This document shows positions 37,052 to 49,224 of a stretch of DNA of 64,000 nucleotides, in pieces. The notes beneath the pieces are model-generated. The model saw nothing but the letters and a program-made list of their open reading frames with translations. It was not told the DNA's origin and searched no databases. Location: the NCBI GenBank assembly GCA_052174535.1, contig JBQMRQ010000100.1:6506-70505 (forward strand), given 5' to 3'. A program made the position numbers and the translations under genes. Source of the stretch: Arsenophonus sp. NC-WZS1-MAG3 (GTDB lineage Bacteria > Pseudomonadota > Gammaproteobacteria > Enterobacterales > Enterobacteriaceae). Each line of letters begins with the position of its first letter. Position 1 is the first letter of the stretch.

Positions 37052-38893
37052 TTAAAGTAATCGTTCAATTAAACCACTACGACGTTCTGTAGACGTCATT
37101 AATGCTTTAGTAAAAATATGACGCTCAGCATAAATCGTCAGTTGACTTTTTGCTCTAGTAATTGCAGTATAAATAAGCTCTCTACTAATAATAGGGGTAA
37201 AAATTGGTGCTAAAATCAATGCGACATGTTTAAATTCTGATCCTTGAGATTTATGTACCGTCATAACAAAAGCAGTTTCATGCTGAGGTAAACGACTAGG
37301 TTGTATTCTTTTTATTACTCCATTAGGTAATTGAAAATAAGCTTTTAAACCTTGTTGACCATCCTGTAACATAATACCAATATCACCATTAAATAAACCA
37401 ATCGGACGATTATTTTTGGTAATCATAATTGGGCGACCTTCATAGTTTTTACTCCAATTATAGGCTGGCCGTTGAATACTTCCTTGACTATATAAAAGCT
37501 GTTCTAATTTATCATTTAACCCTATAACTCCGTATGGTCCTTCCCTTAAAGCAGCTAATAAGCGATATTGATTAAAACTATTCAGGATCTCTTCAGGATC
37601 TCGACCACTTTTTATCATATCCAAATAGCAACGGTAGTATTCAGCAGTATCAAAAAGCAATTGAGTATATTTTTCAGGCGAATTAATTGAATTAAAAGTA
37701 ATATCAGTATTTTGTTGTGTTAATAATTTCTCAACATTTCTAATATTACCCTGATTACTTGCAGTAGCAAGTAGGCCTATTTCTGATTTGGAATCAAAAC
37801 GGTAATTCTTACGTAATAAGCAAAGACTATCTTTTATCTTTGGCCCATCATTCGAGATAAAATCAGATAAGTCACAACCTGTGATTTTAGTCAGTTGCGC
37901 CGCTCTTTCTCGACTATATCCTAATTCTAAAAAACGACAAAGATCCCCAAAGACAGCACCCGGTTCAACGGAAGCTAATTGATCTTTATCACCTAGCAAA
38001 ATAAGACGCGCATGCTCAGGTAGAGCTTCAATTAATCTTGCCATCATGGGCAGATCAATCATAGATGCCTCATCAATTATTAAAACATCTAACAAGAGTA
38101 GATTATATTTATGATAACGGAATAACTGGCTATTGAGTTGAGCACCTAATAACCGATGCAAAGTCTGTGCTTGTTCTGGCATAATTGCATACTCATCGGC
38201 AGATAAATTTAGTTTTAATAATGCATTACTTAACGATTCTGTTAATCTAGCCGCCGCTTTTCCTGTTGGTGCAGCTAGTTGAATAATTAATTTTTTATCA
38301 CTTAATTGGACTAAAGTAGCTAATAAATATGTTATCGTCGTGGTTTTACCTGTACCCGGTCCACCAGAAATAACAGCAATCCGACTGGTTACTGCAACTG
38401 CAACAGCTATTTTTTGCCAATCTTGCCTTTTCGAAGATGTAAAAAAACGCGTTAAAATAATCGCTAAACGCTTTTCATCAACAGTTTCTAATAAATTACG
38501 AGAAAAAAAGTCAGCCACTAACCCTTCATCAGCCCACATTCTCTGAAAATAAAGTTTGTTATCTGATAACACTAATGGTTTTGCTACAGTTTGCGATGCA
38601 TCACAAACTGCATTACATTGTTTAAGCTCAATATAAATCCTGCTATTATCCGGTGCTCCAACTTTTTTCCAAAGCATAAAAACTATCTCAGCCTGTCTAC
38701 CTTCAAATAAATAACCTAGTTGAAGCTTATCAATAAATAAGCAAACATGCCCTGCTTGAGTTTCAGCACTCAATATTGCGAATATTAATAATAATAATGG
38801 GTTTTTATCATCGACTAACCGAATAGCAAGTTGTATATCTAAATAACTAAACAAATTAAGCTTAACAGCTTGTTTTAGTAAAGTTATCATCAT
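37052..38893 (-). CDS. recD: Exodeoxyribonuclease V alpha subunit (RecD helicase)
   Basis: 613 aa uninterrupted. SGGPGTGKTTT, APTGKAAARL, DEASMID, GDKDQLASVE, TVHKSQGSEF, RELIYTAITRAK. Confidence 0.97.
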   Translation of the reverse strand: MMITLLKQAVKLNLFSYLDIQLAIRLVDDKNPLLLLIFAILSAETQAGHVCLFIDKLQLGYLFEGRQAEIVFMLWKKVGAPDNSRIYIELKQCNAVCDASQTVAKPLVLSDNKLYFQRMWADEGLVADFFSRNLLETVDEKRLAIILTRFFTSSKRQDWQKIAVAVAVTSRIAVISGGPGTGKTTTITYLLATLVQLSDKKLIIQLAAPTGKAAARLTESLSNALLKLNLSADEYAIMPEQAQTLHRLLGAQLNSQLFRYHKYNLLLLDVLIIDEASMIDLPMMARLIEALPEHARLILLGDKDQLASVEPGAVFGDLCRFLELGYSRERAAQLTKITGCDLSDFISNDGPKIKDSLCLLRKNYRFDSKSEIGLLATASNQGNIRNVEKLLTQQNTDITFNSINSPEKYTQLLFDTAEYYRCYLDMIKSGRDPEEILNSFNQYRLLAALREGPYGVIGLNDKLEQLLYSQGSIQRPAYNWSKNYEGRPIMITKNNRPIGLFNGDIGIMLQDGQQGLKAYFQLPNGVIKRIQPSRLPQHETAFVMTVHKSQGSEFKHVALILAPIFTPIISRELIYTAITRAKSQLTIYAERHIFTKALMTSTERRSGLIERLL

Positions 38894-39790
38894 TCCTCAT
38901 CTTAATTAGTTACCTTAATTAGTTACATTGAATAATTCATCTATGCTATTACTAAACCTATAAGGTGGAATAGTATTTTGCAAAAAAAATACCATAACTA
39001 AGATTGCTTGTATACAAACCCACAACGTAAAAATATAGATAATACCACTAAAATATTTTTGTAATCATCATTAAGGCAAATAATTTTGTAAAAAATATGG
39101 ATAGCTAATATATAAAGCTAATACTGTAAATCATATGCATGATCAATCATGGCATTCTGTATTACCTTCATTCCTAATCAGACCTTTTTCCTCTAACTAA
39201 CTTAATTTATAATCAAGCAAATAAATTTATTTTGCCAGAAAAAACTAAATCAATTTAATTTTTTAAAATGCCATTACTGGCACAAAACTAAGTGATTGGG
39301 AACGCTTAAGATAAAGCATCATATATTGATTGTCTGCATTGTCTAATGCAGATTGCAAGAATTTTTCTATTAAAAAATTTTTTATTTAATTGATATTCAG
39401 ATCTATTCTTTGACAAGTTAAACTATCTTTAAGTAAATTAGTATCAAAATATTTATTAGCCACATTTTAAGCACCGGGGAATCTAATCATCAGAAAAACC
39501 AAATTATTTTAATCTTCAGCTATCTAAGACTCTTATGGATATTGATTAAATACGAGTAATTCTAACAGGAAATATAAAAAAGTTTCTACTGGTAGCACCC
39601 CTTAAGAAAAATATGAACACCTCCTATTTTAGTCTTTTACCTTAAAGCAATAAGTTATAATTTGCACATTAGCATCTATTTTAGATATTAAAGATTGTAT
39701 AATAATATCAATATTTATATCACTAGCACTGAACACTTATTAAATAATGAATTCATATTATAAATATGATAATCCTGAATACCTAGGTTA
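38894..39790 (-). pseudogene. recB: RecB C-terminal (nuclease domain) remnant
   Basis: HIFLKGAT..FLYFLLELL.FNQ, IDLVF...YLLDYKLS*L and NAMIDHAYDLQY*LYILAIH match RecB FPRG..PGTFLH, FIDLVF..YYLLDYKSNWL and AMQAHRYDLQYQLY. Many stops. The 5' three quarters of the gene is absent. Confidence 0.85.
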
Positions 39791-39988
39791 ACCCTCCAGG
39801 TATTTTAGATCTACCTATAAAATTTCAAGTTAATAAGTTCACAACTTTACTCTACTTAATGTACAAAAGAAATAAAATATTATTAATAATAACATTTAAA
39901 TATTATGAGATCATATCTCATTCAATAAATAAAATAGTGATACCTAAATTAAACATCACTATTTTATTGTATAATTTCTCTGACGTAT

Positions 39989-41479
39989 CTATATAAGTTT
40001 TAATAAAATCCAGTAAAACAAACCAGAAAGTATAATAGAAATAGGTAATGTAAATAACCAAACTAGTAATATACTTTTAATTGTTTTAGCTTGTACACCA
40101 CCACCATCAACAACCATTGTTCCTGCTACAGCAGAAGATAAAACTTGCATTGTTGATACAGGCATACCAGTATAACTTGCAACACCAATGGAAACTGCAG
40201 CAGTAACTTGAGCAGAAACACCTTGTGCATAAGTCATACATTTTTTACCAATTTTTTCACCTATTGTTATAGAAATACGTTTCCAACCAATCATAGTCCC
40301 TACAGAAAGCGCTAAAGCAACAGCAATAATAATCCACAGTGGTGCATATTCCACTGTATTAAGTAAATCATTACTCAAGTTACGCAGAAAACGTGCATCC
40401 GAAGAGGATGTTTCTGATAGTTTAGCTACATCTAATGCTGTATCAGATAAACACATTAATAATCGACGCATTTGATTACGCTCCTCAGGTTTTAATGCGG
40501 AATAACTTTGAATATTTGCTAACATCAGTGATGTCTGTCTTAATACAGTAATAGGACGTGAATTATCACAATGAAATTTCTCATCTAAAATTTTCAATTC
40601 TGACTTATATCGTGACGACATATTAACAATATATTTTACCGCTGACTTATGCTCTTCATAATAATGTTGTAAATGCACCATTGCGTCATAGGTACGCGTT
40701 ATATTATAACCATTAGCATTCATATTAAGCACAAATCCAGCAGGTGTTACTCCGATTAACACCAGCATAATAAGACCAATACCCTTCTGACCATCATTAG
40801 CACCATGGGAAAAACTGACGCCAACGGCAGATAAAATTAATGTAGTACGTGTCCAGAAAGGGGGTTTCTTTTTACCATTTTTCTTCTCTCGCTCATCTGG
40901 TGTTAAATGAACACGACGACGTTTTTTCGTACCACTCCAATAACGGCGTAAAAAGAAAATTAACAATCCAGCTATAATAAAACCAATAGCAGGAGAAAGA
41001 ATGAGAGAAAGAAAAATTTCAATAACTTTTGGAATGTTTAATGCATCTACTACAGAGGAGTTGGTCACTAATGCATTGGTTAAACCAACACCAATAATAG
41101 CGCCTATTAATGTATGTGAGCTAGAAGCTGGTAATCCTAAATACCAAGTACCCAAATTCCAAATAATAGCCGCTAACAGCATAGAAAAAACCATTGCCAG
41201 GCCATGAGCAGAACTTACGTTAAGCAGAAGATCTGTTGGCAATAAATGCACAATAGCATAAGCAACACTCAAGCCACCTAAAATAACGCCAAAAAAGTTA
41301 AAACCGCCAGCCATAACAACTGCAAATTGAGCTCGCATAGCTCGAGTGTAAATAACCGTTGCTACTGCATTTGCGGTATCATGAAAACCATTAATTGCTT
41401 CATAAAATAGCACAAATAATAGCGCTAGCGTTAATAAGAGACCGGTATAAAAATCCAATCCAGTAAATAAATGTAGCAT
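39989..41479 (-). CDS. pitA: Low-affinity inorganic phosphate transporter
   Basis: 496 aa. [53 protein letters not shown]. Confidence 0.96.
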   Translation of the reverse strand: MLHLFTGLDFYTGLLLTLALLFVLFYEAINGFHDTANAVATVIYTRAMRAQFAVVMAGGFNFFGVILGGLSVAYAIVHLLPTDLLLNVSSAHGLAMVFSMLLAAIIWNLGTWYLGLPASSSHTLIGAIIGVGLTNALVTNSSVVDALNIPKVIEIFLSLILSPAIGFIIAGLLIFFLRRYWSGTKKRRRVHLTPDEREKKNGKKKPPFWTRTTLILSAVGVSFSHGANDGQKGIGLIMLVLIGVTPAGFVLNMNANGYNITRTYDAMVHLQHYYEEHKSAVKYIVNMSSRYKSELKILDEKFHCDNSRPITVLRQTSLMLANIQSYSALKPEERNQMRRLLMCLSDTALDVAKLSETSSSDARFLRNLSNDLLNTVEYAPLWIIIAVALALSVGTMIGWKRISITIGEKIGKKCMTYAQGVSAQVTAAVSIGVASYTGMPVSTMQVLSSAVAGTMVVDGGGVQAKTIKSILLVWLFTLPISIILSGLFYWILLKLI

Positions 41480-41645
41480 AAACCTTAAGCCAATTTGTTG
41501 AATATGAATTCAATATATTATCAGTGATAAACGTTATCGGTGGAAGCAAAATCTACATCTTTTTTGACTTTAATTGACAAAAAAATAAATAAAAAATATT
41601 CTTTACTTTCATTAAGTTAATAAAATTAAAATATATGGATTTCTT

Positions 41646-41913
41646 GTAATATGCTTGCAAAGATTGTTGCTTTGTTCTCATAGAGATTTATAAGCACGTC
41701 TATATTTCAATTGTTGTGGTTTTAAATAATCTATTTTAGGCTAGATAATTCGGTAAATAAAATAACCCTATACTATGGATCAAGCTTATGTATCCTTTTA
41801 ATTAGCTAATATAACTATTTACATTTTGAATGTGGAATTTATTTCCAATAACTCTCTGATTATTAAGGCTTATTATATGATAATAACTAATTTCATGCTT
41901 GTTAAGAAAGGGT
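41646..41913 (-). mobile_element. IS1595-family 3' fragment (copy 3), cut by IS256
   Basis: Aligns by eye with 57354-57620 (tcctttaattagctaatataactatttacattttgaatgtgg = rc of HIQNVNSYIS.LKG). Ends at the IS256 left IR. Confidence 0.8.
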
Positions 41914-43265
41914 GAATTATGTTAATTCTGATATATAGGTTTTTGAAAATAGCGATGAGGTATTCTACTAATTGATTTCATGAATGATTTTAATCAGAGA
42001 GATGATATGTTATGAACAGTCTAGCTTACAGGGATCTGTGAAATGAGATATCATTCTAATTCCTTCCATGAACACATCCATAATAATAAGTTCCAGATAG
42101 CTGATAACAACACCGTTGAAGGTAAGCTCTAAAGCATGCTGCAATAACATCCTGAACGAGACTTTATCGGCAGCTCATGCCGTTATCTGTAACAGTTATT
42201 TGCTACAGAAAATCATATAAACTGCTATCTCCAATGTTAAAATTAAAGTACCTAAGGTAGAAAGGGATCATCACGCATCATCGACAGCAAGCATGGTTCA
42301 AGAGCTTATTGCTATCGTATTATCTAAGCGTGCAAAAAGCGGCGAATAGTTGTTACCATAGCTATACTTCCAAGGCAATTTACCGATCTACTGGTGATTT
42401 TCATAAAATCATGATGTCGTTTTCCTTAGCAAAAAATACATGGTCTCTCTGTCAGCAGCATTGCAGATCGCAGATATAAATAGCTTGAAAACATAGGCAA
42501 TGGGTAGCTGTGTGATTTAAGGGATACTCGTTACGTTTATTTTTAGCCAATGGCATAACCACTTTATCAGGTAAGCTGATTGCCTTTACCTACTGCTCAT
42601 TATCGGCATAATCTTCATGGACATAAGGAGCTCATTTCGCTCGAAGAGAGTTATTGAAAGTTAGAAGCAAACTGGGATAAACTTTTTAATGGCTGGTAAG
42701 CGCGTTGCTTAACCGTATTTCCTAATCTTGTTACAGAGATGTACCCCTTGGTTTTTGGAATGCAATGGTAAAGATATTCGTGGACATGTAGAACTAACGT
42801 TACTGGATACATAAAATAGGTAATGCACTACCTTTACTCCCAAAAGGTAGCCAATTGAAAATTAAAGTTAAACTGCAGGATAAGAGTTATGGCTAGCAAA
42901 GAGTCGCGATGCTACTAAAGGCTTTGATACTTTTTTGATGATCTTTTCAGTCAAATATCCTGCAAGCGATGAAGAAGCTGCAGAAAGATGGAGAACAATG
43001 ATTATCACTCTATAACTTCTCTTCAGCGCACTTGGCATCAATAAGAACAACAAATCCGATTGAATTCGCTTTTGTGATAATGATCCTATGAAGCTGATGA
43101 CAAGGACTGTGACTCAAGAAACAACCCCCTTTTTCAATGGTATTAAATCTTCTCCCGTCTTCTCAAAAAATAACTGAAGATAAAGAGATTTAAGCTGTTT
43201 ACCCTTTTGATAAACAGCACAAAGATGACATAAGTAAACGGTAAAAGAGCAATCTAAGTAATCTC
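41914..43265 (+). mobile_element. IS256-family relic (copy 9), right end eroded
   Basis: Left IR gaattatgttaattctgatatatagg, KVPKV..RD, and TTNPIEFAF (aacaacaaatccgattgaattcgc, ~43050). Confidence 0.85.
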
Positions 43266-43293
43266 TCCGCTTTCTTCTGATCTTAGAAAGGTT

Positions 43294-44699
43294 GAATTAT
43301 GCTCATTTTCTGTGTAAGGTTTTCAAATATACTGACGTATCTTACTAATTAGTTTCGTAAATAATTTTCTCAATAGAGAGATGATCTTCCATGAAAAGTC
43401 TACCATACAAATGTCACGAAATAAAATTACTTTATTCCCCTTATATTAACTCATATGTAATGTCCACTAGAAAATGGATAGCACCGTTATTCAGGCGAAA
43501 TTCAAGTCATGCTGGAATAACATGCTGAACTCCCTTATCGGAAGGGGCCCCGGCCTGCTACACCAATGTTTATAACAATTATTTACCATAGCGAACCCCC
43601 ATATATAATAGTATTAGTGATGTTGAGATTACAATGCTTAAGACCAGAGGGGGTCGCAGTGGCAACAGAATATACTTCAACAGCTTCTTGCTGCCGCTTA
43701 TCTAAAGCGTGCAAAAGCACCGAAAAGTTATTATCATGCCCTGTATATGCGCAGATATTATCTTACCGATTATTTTACAAAGCCATGATGGCGTGCTTAT
43801 CCCTGAAAAGTACATAATCTCTTTAGTAGTACCTATTAACAGACCGAAACAGTAATGCCCTGAAGAGAATTCACAATATGGGTACCTTACGTGATTTAGC
43901 GATACGCCTAACGTTTATTTCTTAGCTGAAAACATATGTTATTCTGTAATACAAGCTAATTACCTCCTTCTGCTAATTATATTGGCAGTGCTGCGCATGG
44001 ATGCAAGGAGGCTTCCTTGCGGTAGAAGATGATTATTGAGAATCAGAATCAACCTAGAGAGGTAACTTTCAATGACTAATAAGCACGGATCTTAATCGTA
44101 TTTCTCAAATTTGCTACGGGAGACGGTGTTTGGTTTTGTGGAATGCAATAGTAAAGATATTCCCGAGCATTTAATGCCAACACTGTTGGATACATAAAAT
44201 AGCTAATGGTACCGCCTTCACTCCCTAAAAGCATTCAATATAAAGTTAAAATATGAAGTGAGCTGCAAAAAATTTAGCTAGCAGAAAGAGAGTCACGATT
44301 CCTATAATAAAGCCTTTAATGCTTTGTTGGTAAGATTTTCAGGATATCATTCAGGGATGAAGATCCTAGAAAAGAGCGAGAAGACCTGTTGACATTCCTA
44401 TGACTTCCGTAAATACACTGGGAATCAATAAGAATAAAAAATTTGATTGAATCAACTTCTTCAGCAGTGATTCTATAGCTGATGCGTGAAGCGTAAAGCA
44501 ACTGTGGCTAAAGAAAATAACCATTTCAATGATATTTAACTTGCTTTCGTTTACTAAAAATAGCTGGAACCGAGCTAAAGAATTTAATTTGCTGACACTG
44601 GTGGTAAACAAGATCCAATTTAAGGATGGATAATAGATTCATGAAGGATCAGCATGGAATGTAGTCTGACCATCATAGATCAGATTTATCATTCTTCTC
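43294..44699 (+). mobile_element. IS256-family relic (copy 10), tandem with copy 9
   Basis: Left IR gaattatgctcattttctgtgtaagg, FATGDG (tttgctacgggagacggt, ~44110), right IR catagatcagatttatcattcttctc. Confidence 0.85.
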
Positions 44700-45169
44700 T
44701 AATTGAAGAATGATGTAATAGTTCGAAATATTAAAATATTAATACTTACTTTTAAGCGCAGTATTTAGCTAAATTTATAATTTAGCATTAACATGAATAT
44801 TATTCAATATATATTTCACTGATTTTAATTGATTCAGAAACATTAATGTTTTTTATTAATGATGTTGATTTACTTGAATTTTAGAATCACTATAGATGGT
44901 GATAACCTACTCTCTTTGAGATCTATCGAACAATTAGCAAGCACATGGAAATTGTTCCATACTATTTAGAAACTTTTTAAAATTATTAATAGTTCTTATT
45001 TAAAAAAAAAAGCTAACAACATAATCTATATAAATTAATATAAGTTTATTTTTAAAATATAAATTTTATAAAAAATATCATTAACTAAATTTTATGATGA
45101 ATATCAATAAACAAGATAAAACCATATAATCGGCGGTTAAAAACATGATAATAATTAATATATGCTAAA

Positions 45170-46699
45170 TTAATTGGTTTTTTTTCTTAAAAATATCAAT
45201 ATGATAAATAGAGCAACTAATCCCCACATAGGCCAGTTACTCCAACGTGCATAAGGTGTAAGACCAGATGTCGGTGTTACCTCAGCGCTTAATACTGAGC
45301 GAGTAAATTGAGGAAGCTCTGCCTGAATATCTCCATTAGGTGTAATCACTGCGGTAACACCATTATTAGTAGCACGCAATAATGGCCGACCAAGTTCAAG
45401 TGCACGCATGCGCGCCATTTGAAAGTGTTGCCATGGGCCAATAGAATGCCCAAACCATGCATCATTTGAAACTGTCAATAAAAAATCGGTATCTGATTTA
45501 AAGTTATCTCTAACTTGGGTGCCTAAAATAATTTCATAGCAGATAGCGGCAGTCAGATTAATATTTCCAGCAGTTAACTGCTGTTGCTTATAATTACCAC
45601 GACTAAAACCTGACATTGGTAAATTAAATAAAGGGGCAATTGGCCGAAGAATATTTTTTAATGGCACAAATTCACCAAAAGGTACCAAGTGGTGCTTCTG
45701 ATAACGATTGCTAGTTGGATATTGATAAGGTTTATTTTCTCCTAACACAATAATACTATTAAAAAAATTGCTCACTCCCCGTGTACTTACTTTAGCATCA
45801 ATAATCCCAGTAATTAAGTGAGTATTTTGTGAGCGTAGCAGATTATCTAATGAGGTCAGCCAAGCCTTATTATCTGATTCGATTGAGGGAATAGCGGACT
45901 CAGGCCAGATAACGATTTTAGCGTTACCAAAATAAGGTTTAGAGAGATCGAGATAGATAGTTATAGTTTGTTCTAGAAATCCTGGTTGCCATTTTAAATT
46001 TTGCAGAATGTTACCTTGAACTAAAACAATTTGTGTTTTTTTTTCTGTAACTGAAGTAAACCATTGATAATTTTTAATTATTAAAGGTAAAAATAATAAA
46101 ATAATTGCTGAAATTAGAGGAACAACTCGGCGCTTTAGGCAAGCAAAAACTAAGCAGCTACTAATAATAATCAGTAGAAATGTTATCATCTCAACACCAA
46201 ATATTGGTGCGATGGCTTTTAGTGGCCCATCGATTTGACTATAACCAAATTGTAACCAAGGAAAACCAGTTAGTATACAACCACGTAAATATTCAGTTAT
46301 TTGCCATATTACTGGCGCTGCAAAAATAAAACGAGTAATATTAATCCGTGAAAAAAAATGATTGAGTAGATAAGCAAATAATGCAGGATAAAGTGATAAA
46401 TACCCTGCTAGGAATATCACTAAAAAGACATTAACCACCAATGGCATACCACCAAAATCAGCGATACTGACATAAATCCAGTTAATATCACTACCAAATA
46501 AACTAATTCCCCAACAAAATGCTATTAAACTTGCTTGTTTGCTTGAACGATTAACAATTAGCAATTGTAACCCAAAAAGAGAGAAAAGACCGGCCAACCA
46601 AATATCAAAAGGTGAAAAAGCCAATGTTCCACAAAGCCCGAAGATTGAGGCAAATAAGACTCTTAACCTCTGACGTTGATAGAGTGGAGTTTTATTCAT
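45170..46699 (-). CDS. lnt: Apolipoprotein N-acyltransferase
   Basis: 509 aa. [48 protein letters not shown]. Confidence 0.97.
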   Translation of the reverse strand: MNKTPLYQRQRLRVLFASIFGLCGTLAFSPFDIWLAGLFSLFGLQLLIVNRSSKQASLIAFCWGISLFGSDINWIYVSIADFGGMPLVVNVFLVIFLAGYLSLYPALFAYLLNHFFSRINITRFIFAAPVIWQITEYLRGCILTGFPWLQFGYSQIDGPLKAIAPIFGVEMITFLLIIISSCLVFACLKRRVVPLISAIILLFLPLIIKNYQWFTSVTEKKTQIVLVQGNILQNLKWQPGFLEQTITIYLDLSKPYFGNAKIVIWPESAIPSIESDNKAWLTSLDNLLRSQNTHLITGIIDAKVSTRGVSNFFNSIIVLGENKPYQYPTSNRYQKHHLVPFGEFVPLKNILRPIAPLFNLPMSGFSRGNYKQQQLTAGNINLTAAICYEIILGTQVRDNFKSDTDFLLTVSNDAWFGHSIGPWQHFQMARMRALELGRPLLRATNNGVTAVITPNGDIQAELPQFTRSVLSAEVTPTSGLTPYARWSNWPMWGLVALFIILIFLRKKTN

Positions 46700-46704
46700 T
46701 AAAA

Positions 46705-47583
46705 CTATTCTTTTGCAAGATTTGGGATTGGTCCTTCATCAGGAATTTTTACCTGAACTTGAATAATTTTACGGCTATCAGCAATACTAATTTTAAAAAT
46801 ATAACCATTAATAGTTATAATTTCTCCTCGAGCAGGCAAATGTCCGAATGCTTGCATCACCAAACCACCAATGGTATCAATTTCTTCATCGTTAAAGTGC
46901 GTCCCAAATGCTTTGTTGAAATAATCAATTTGGGTTAATGCACGAATAGAATAAGCATGTTTACTTAATTGACGAATATCAATATCTTCATCATCATCAT
47001 ATTCGTCTTCAATTTCACCAACAATTAATTCAAGAATGTCTTCGATTGTCACTAAACCGGAAACACCACCAAATTCATCAATGACAATCGCCATATGATA
47101 ACGTTGTAAACGAAATTCTTTTAATAACAAATCAACTCGTTTACTTTCAGGAACAACAACAGCGGGACGCAATACTTTATCGATATTGAAAGGTTCAGCA
47201 TCAGTACGCATAAATGGCAGCAAATCTTTAGCCATCAATAAACCTTCAATATGATCTTTATCTTCACTAATTACTGGAAAACGAGAATGTGCTGAGTCGA
47301 TAATCACATCAAGGCAATCATCTAATAATTGATTTCGTTTTAAAGTTACTATCTGAGAGCGTGGGATCATAATATCCCGAACACGCTCATCAGAAATATT
47401 CATTACTCCTTCAAGCATTTCTCTAGTATCAGGATCAATAACATCTTTTTGCTCTGAATCACGAATTAGCTCAACTAAATCATCACGATTTTTAAGTTCA
47501 CCGTGAAATAATTGATTGAGACGCTCGAAAAAACTCTTTTTCGATTGATTATTATCATTGTTTGCAGGATTCTCGTCGCTCAT
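46705..47583 (-). CDS. corC: Magnesium/cobalt efflux CBS-domain protein
   Basis: 292 aa. [36 protein letters not shown]. Confidence 0.96.
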   Translation of the reverse strand: MSDENPANNDNNQSKKSFFERLNQLFHGELKNRDDLVELIRDSEQKDVIDPDTREMLEGVMNISDERVRDIMIPRSQIVTLKRNQLLDDCLDVIIDSAHSRFPVISEDKDHIEGLLMAKDLLPFMRTDAEPFNIDKVLRPAVVVPESKRVDLLLKEFRLQRYHMAIVIDEFGGVSGLVTIEDILELIVGEIEDEYDDDEDIDIRQLSKHAYSIRALTQIDYFNKAFGTHFNDEEIDTIGGLVMQAFGHLPARGEIITINGYIFKISIADSRKIIQVQVKIPDEGPIPNLAKE

Positions 47584-47665
47584 AGCGTTTTATTAAAATT
47601 TCTCTAAGTAGTTTATTGTATTAATTATTTAACATAAAAATACCATTATATTTGCGCCTTTCATG

Positions 47666-48118
47666 CTAATAAGGATCAGGATAACCTAATTTTTGCATAA
47701 TTTCAGTTTCTATTATTTCCATTTTTTCTGCCTCAAAGTTATTTTGATGCTCATAACCCAATAGATGAAGACAACCATGTATTACCATATGCGCCCAATA
47801 AGCATCAGGTTTTTTTTGTTGTTCAATCGCTTCTTTTTCAACAACTTTACGACAAATAATCAAATCACCGAGTAAGGGTAATTTAATATTGTCTAGGGCT
47901 TTAAATGGAAAGGATAACACATTTGTTGGTTTATCTTTTCCTCGATATATTCTATTTAAATGTTGACTTTCTGCTATATCAACAATACGAATTGTAATTT
48001 CACTTTCAGATTGAAATTGTGGCAGAAAAACCTCAAGCCAATGTTGAAATGTTGTTTTACTGGGTAATCCATTATGATTGCTGCAGGCCAGCTGGAGATC
48101 AAGAATAACTGATTGCAA
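47666..48118 (-). CDS. ybeY: rRNA maturation endoribonuclease
   Basis: [37 protein letters not shown] few C-terminal residues shorter than the E. coli protein. Confidence 0.96.
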   Translation of the reverse strand: MQSVILDLQLACSNHNGLPSKTTFQHWLEVFLPQFQSESEITIRIVDIAESQHLNRIYRGKDKPTNVLSFPFKALDNIKLPLLGDLIICRKVVEKEAIEQQKKPDAYWAHMVIHGCLHLLGYEHQNNFEAEKMEIIETEIMQKLGYPDPY

Positions 48119-48119
48119 G

Positions 48120-49185
48120 TAAATATTTCCTTTTCTATAAGGCGCCTCTCTATGAGGGCTCTTTTATTAACAAAATAACTGTTTTATTTCTTATTCTTTT
48201 TCCTAGTTTTAGTAAACAATAACCACTTTATCACTACAGGATGCACTACATCATCACTATGAAAAAATAAAAACTAAGTTTTTTAATTTCAGAAAACACT
48301 TCAATTGCCTAGAATAAACCTGATTTATAGGCACTAATCAGATCAATTTTAGTTACATCATCTGGTGTTTCATGATCACGATTTTAGAGTTAAAATCAAT
48401 AGACGCATCAGAAATATTTTATCTATTTAATTGTGGTATTCTGATTTTTATTAAGAATGAAAATCTAATTAAAGATGCAACTTTGCATATATGACTAATG
48501 GTGGGTGCTACTTCAATTACATTTCGCGTTCAATCAATTTTTTTACTTTTTCAAAATCCAGCATTTCAAATAAGGCTCTCTTTATATCAAGGAAGCTATA
48601 AATAAAGATTAACTTTTTTGACTGAAATCATCTAGCAAAAAACTGAGTTTTTGCCGACCTTGACAACGGGGCAAAGTTAGTAGACTACAACTATTTATTT
48701 ACGTTCTAAAGCATAAATTGCAACAACTACAAAATAGATTTTATCTAGTTCTTTAGAACCAATTTCGAAAAAAAATATCATGCTCTATATATTAGCAATA
48801 TATTAAGGCTGATTACCGCATATACTGTTGATAACATACCGTTTGATTTTAATATTTTCAAATTTGTCATAACTACCAAACATTTTAACAAATTGCTCAA
48901 GAAATTAATTTTCTATTATAAATAAGTGGATTTATTCAAGGATAATGCCACATACAAGAGCTATATTAACATATAGTCAGCATAAAATGCTGCTAACTGC
49001 GTTAATATTAAGTGGTTTATCAATAAATTTATCTCAGTTATTTTAAGATTGATTTGAATACCTAGCCTGTCTGTGCTTAAACTACTTTATATTATTATTG
49101 AATAGCCTAAGAAAGACTAATTAACTGTTGATTATCGACTAGCTCTAAAAATATTTCGCTGCTGAGAATTTATAGATTATTTTTT
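48120..49185 (-). pseudogene. ybeZ: PhoH-family ATPase pseudogene
   Basis: EIFLELVDNQQLISL and ALFEMLDFEKVKKLIER..IEVAP match YbeZ. Full-length footprint with many stops. Confidence 0.85.
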
Positions 49186-49224
49186 GGAGTTATTGAATCT
49201 CAATATTAATATTAAGTTTAGTAA

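Noticed and set aside
44700-45100. gltI remnant downstream of lnt
   Set aside because: Expected by synteny, but I could not read a convincing motif in this very AT-rich stretch. It needs tBLASTn.
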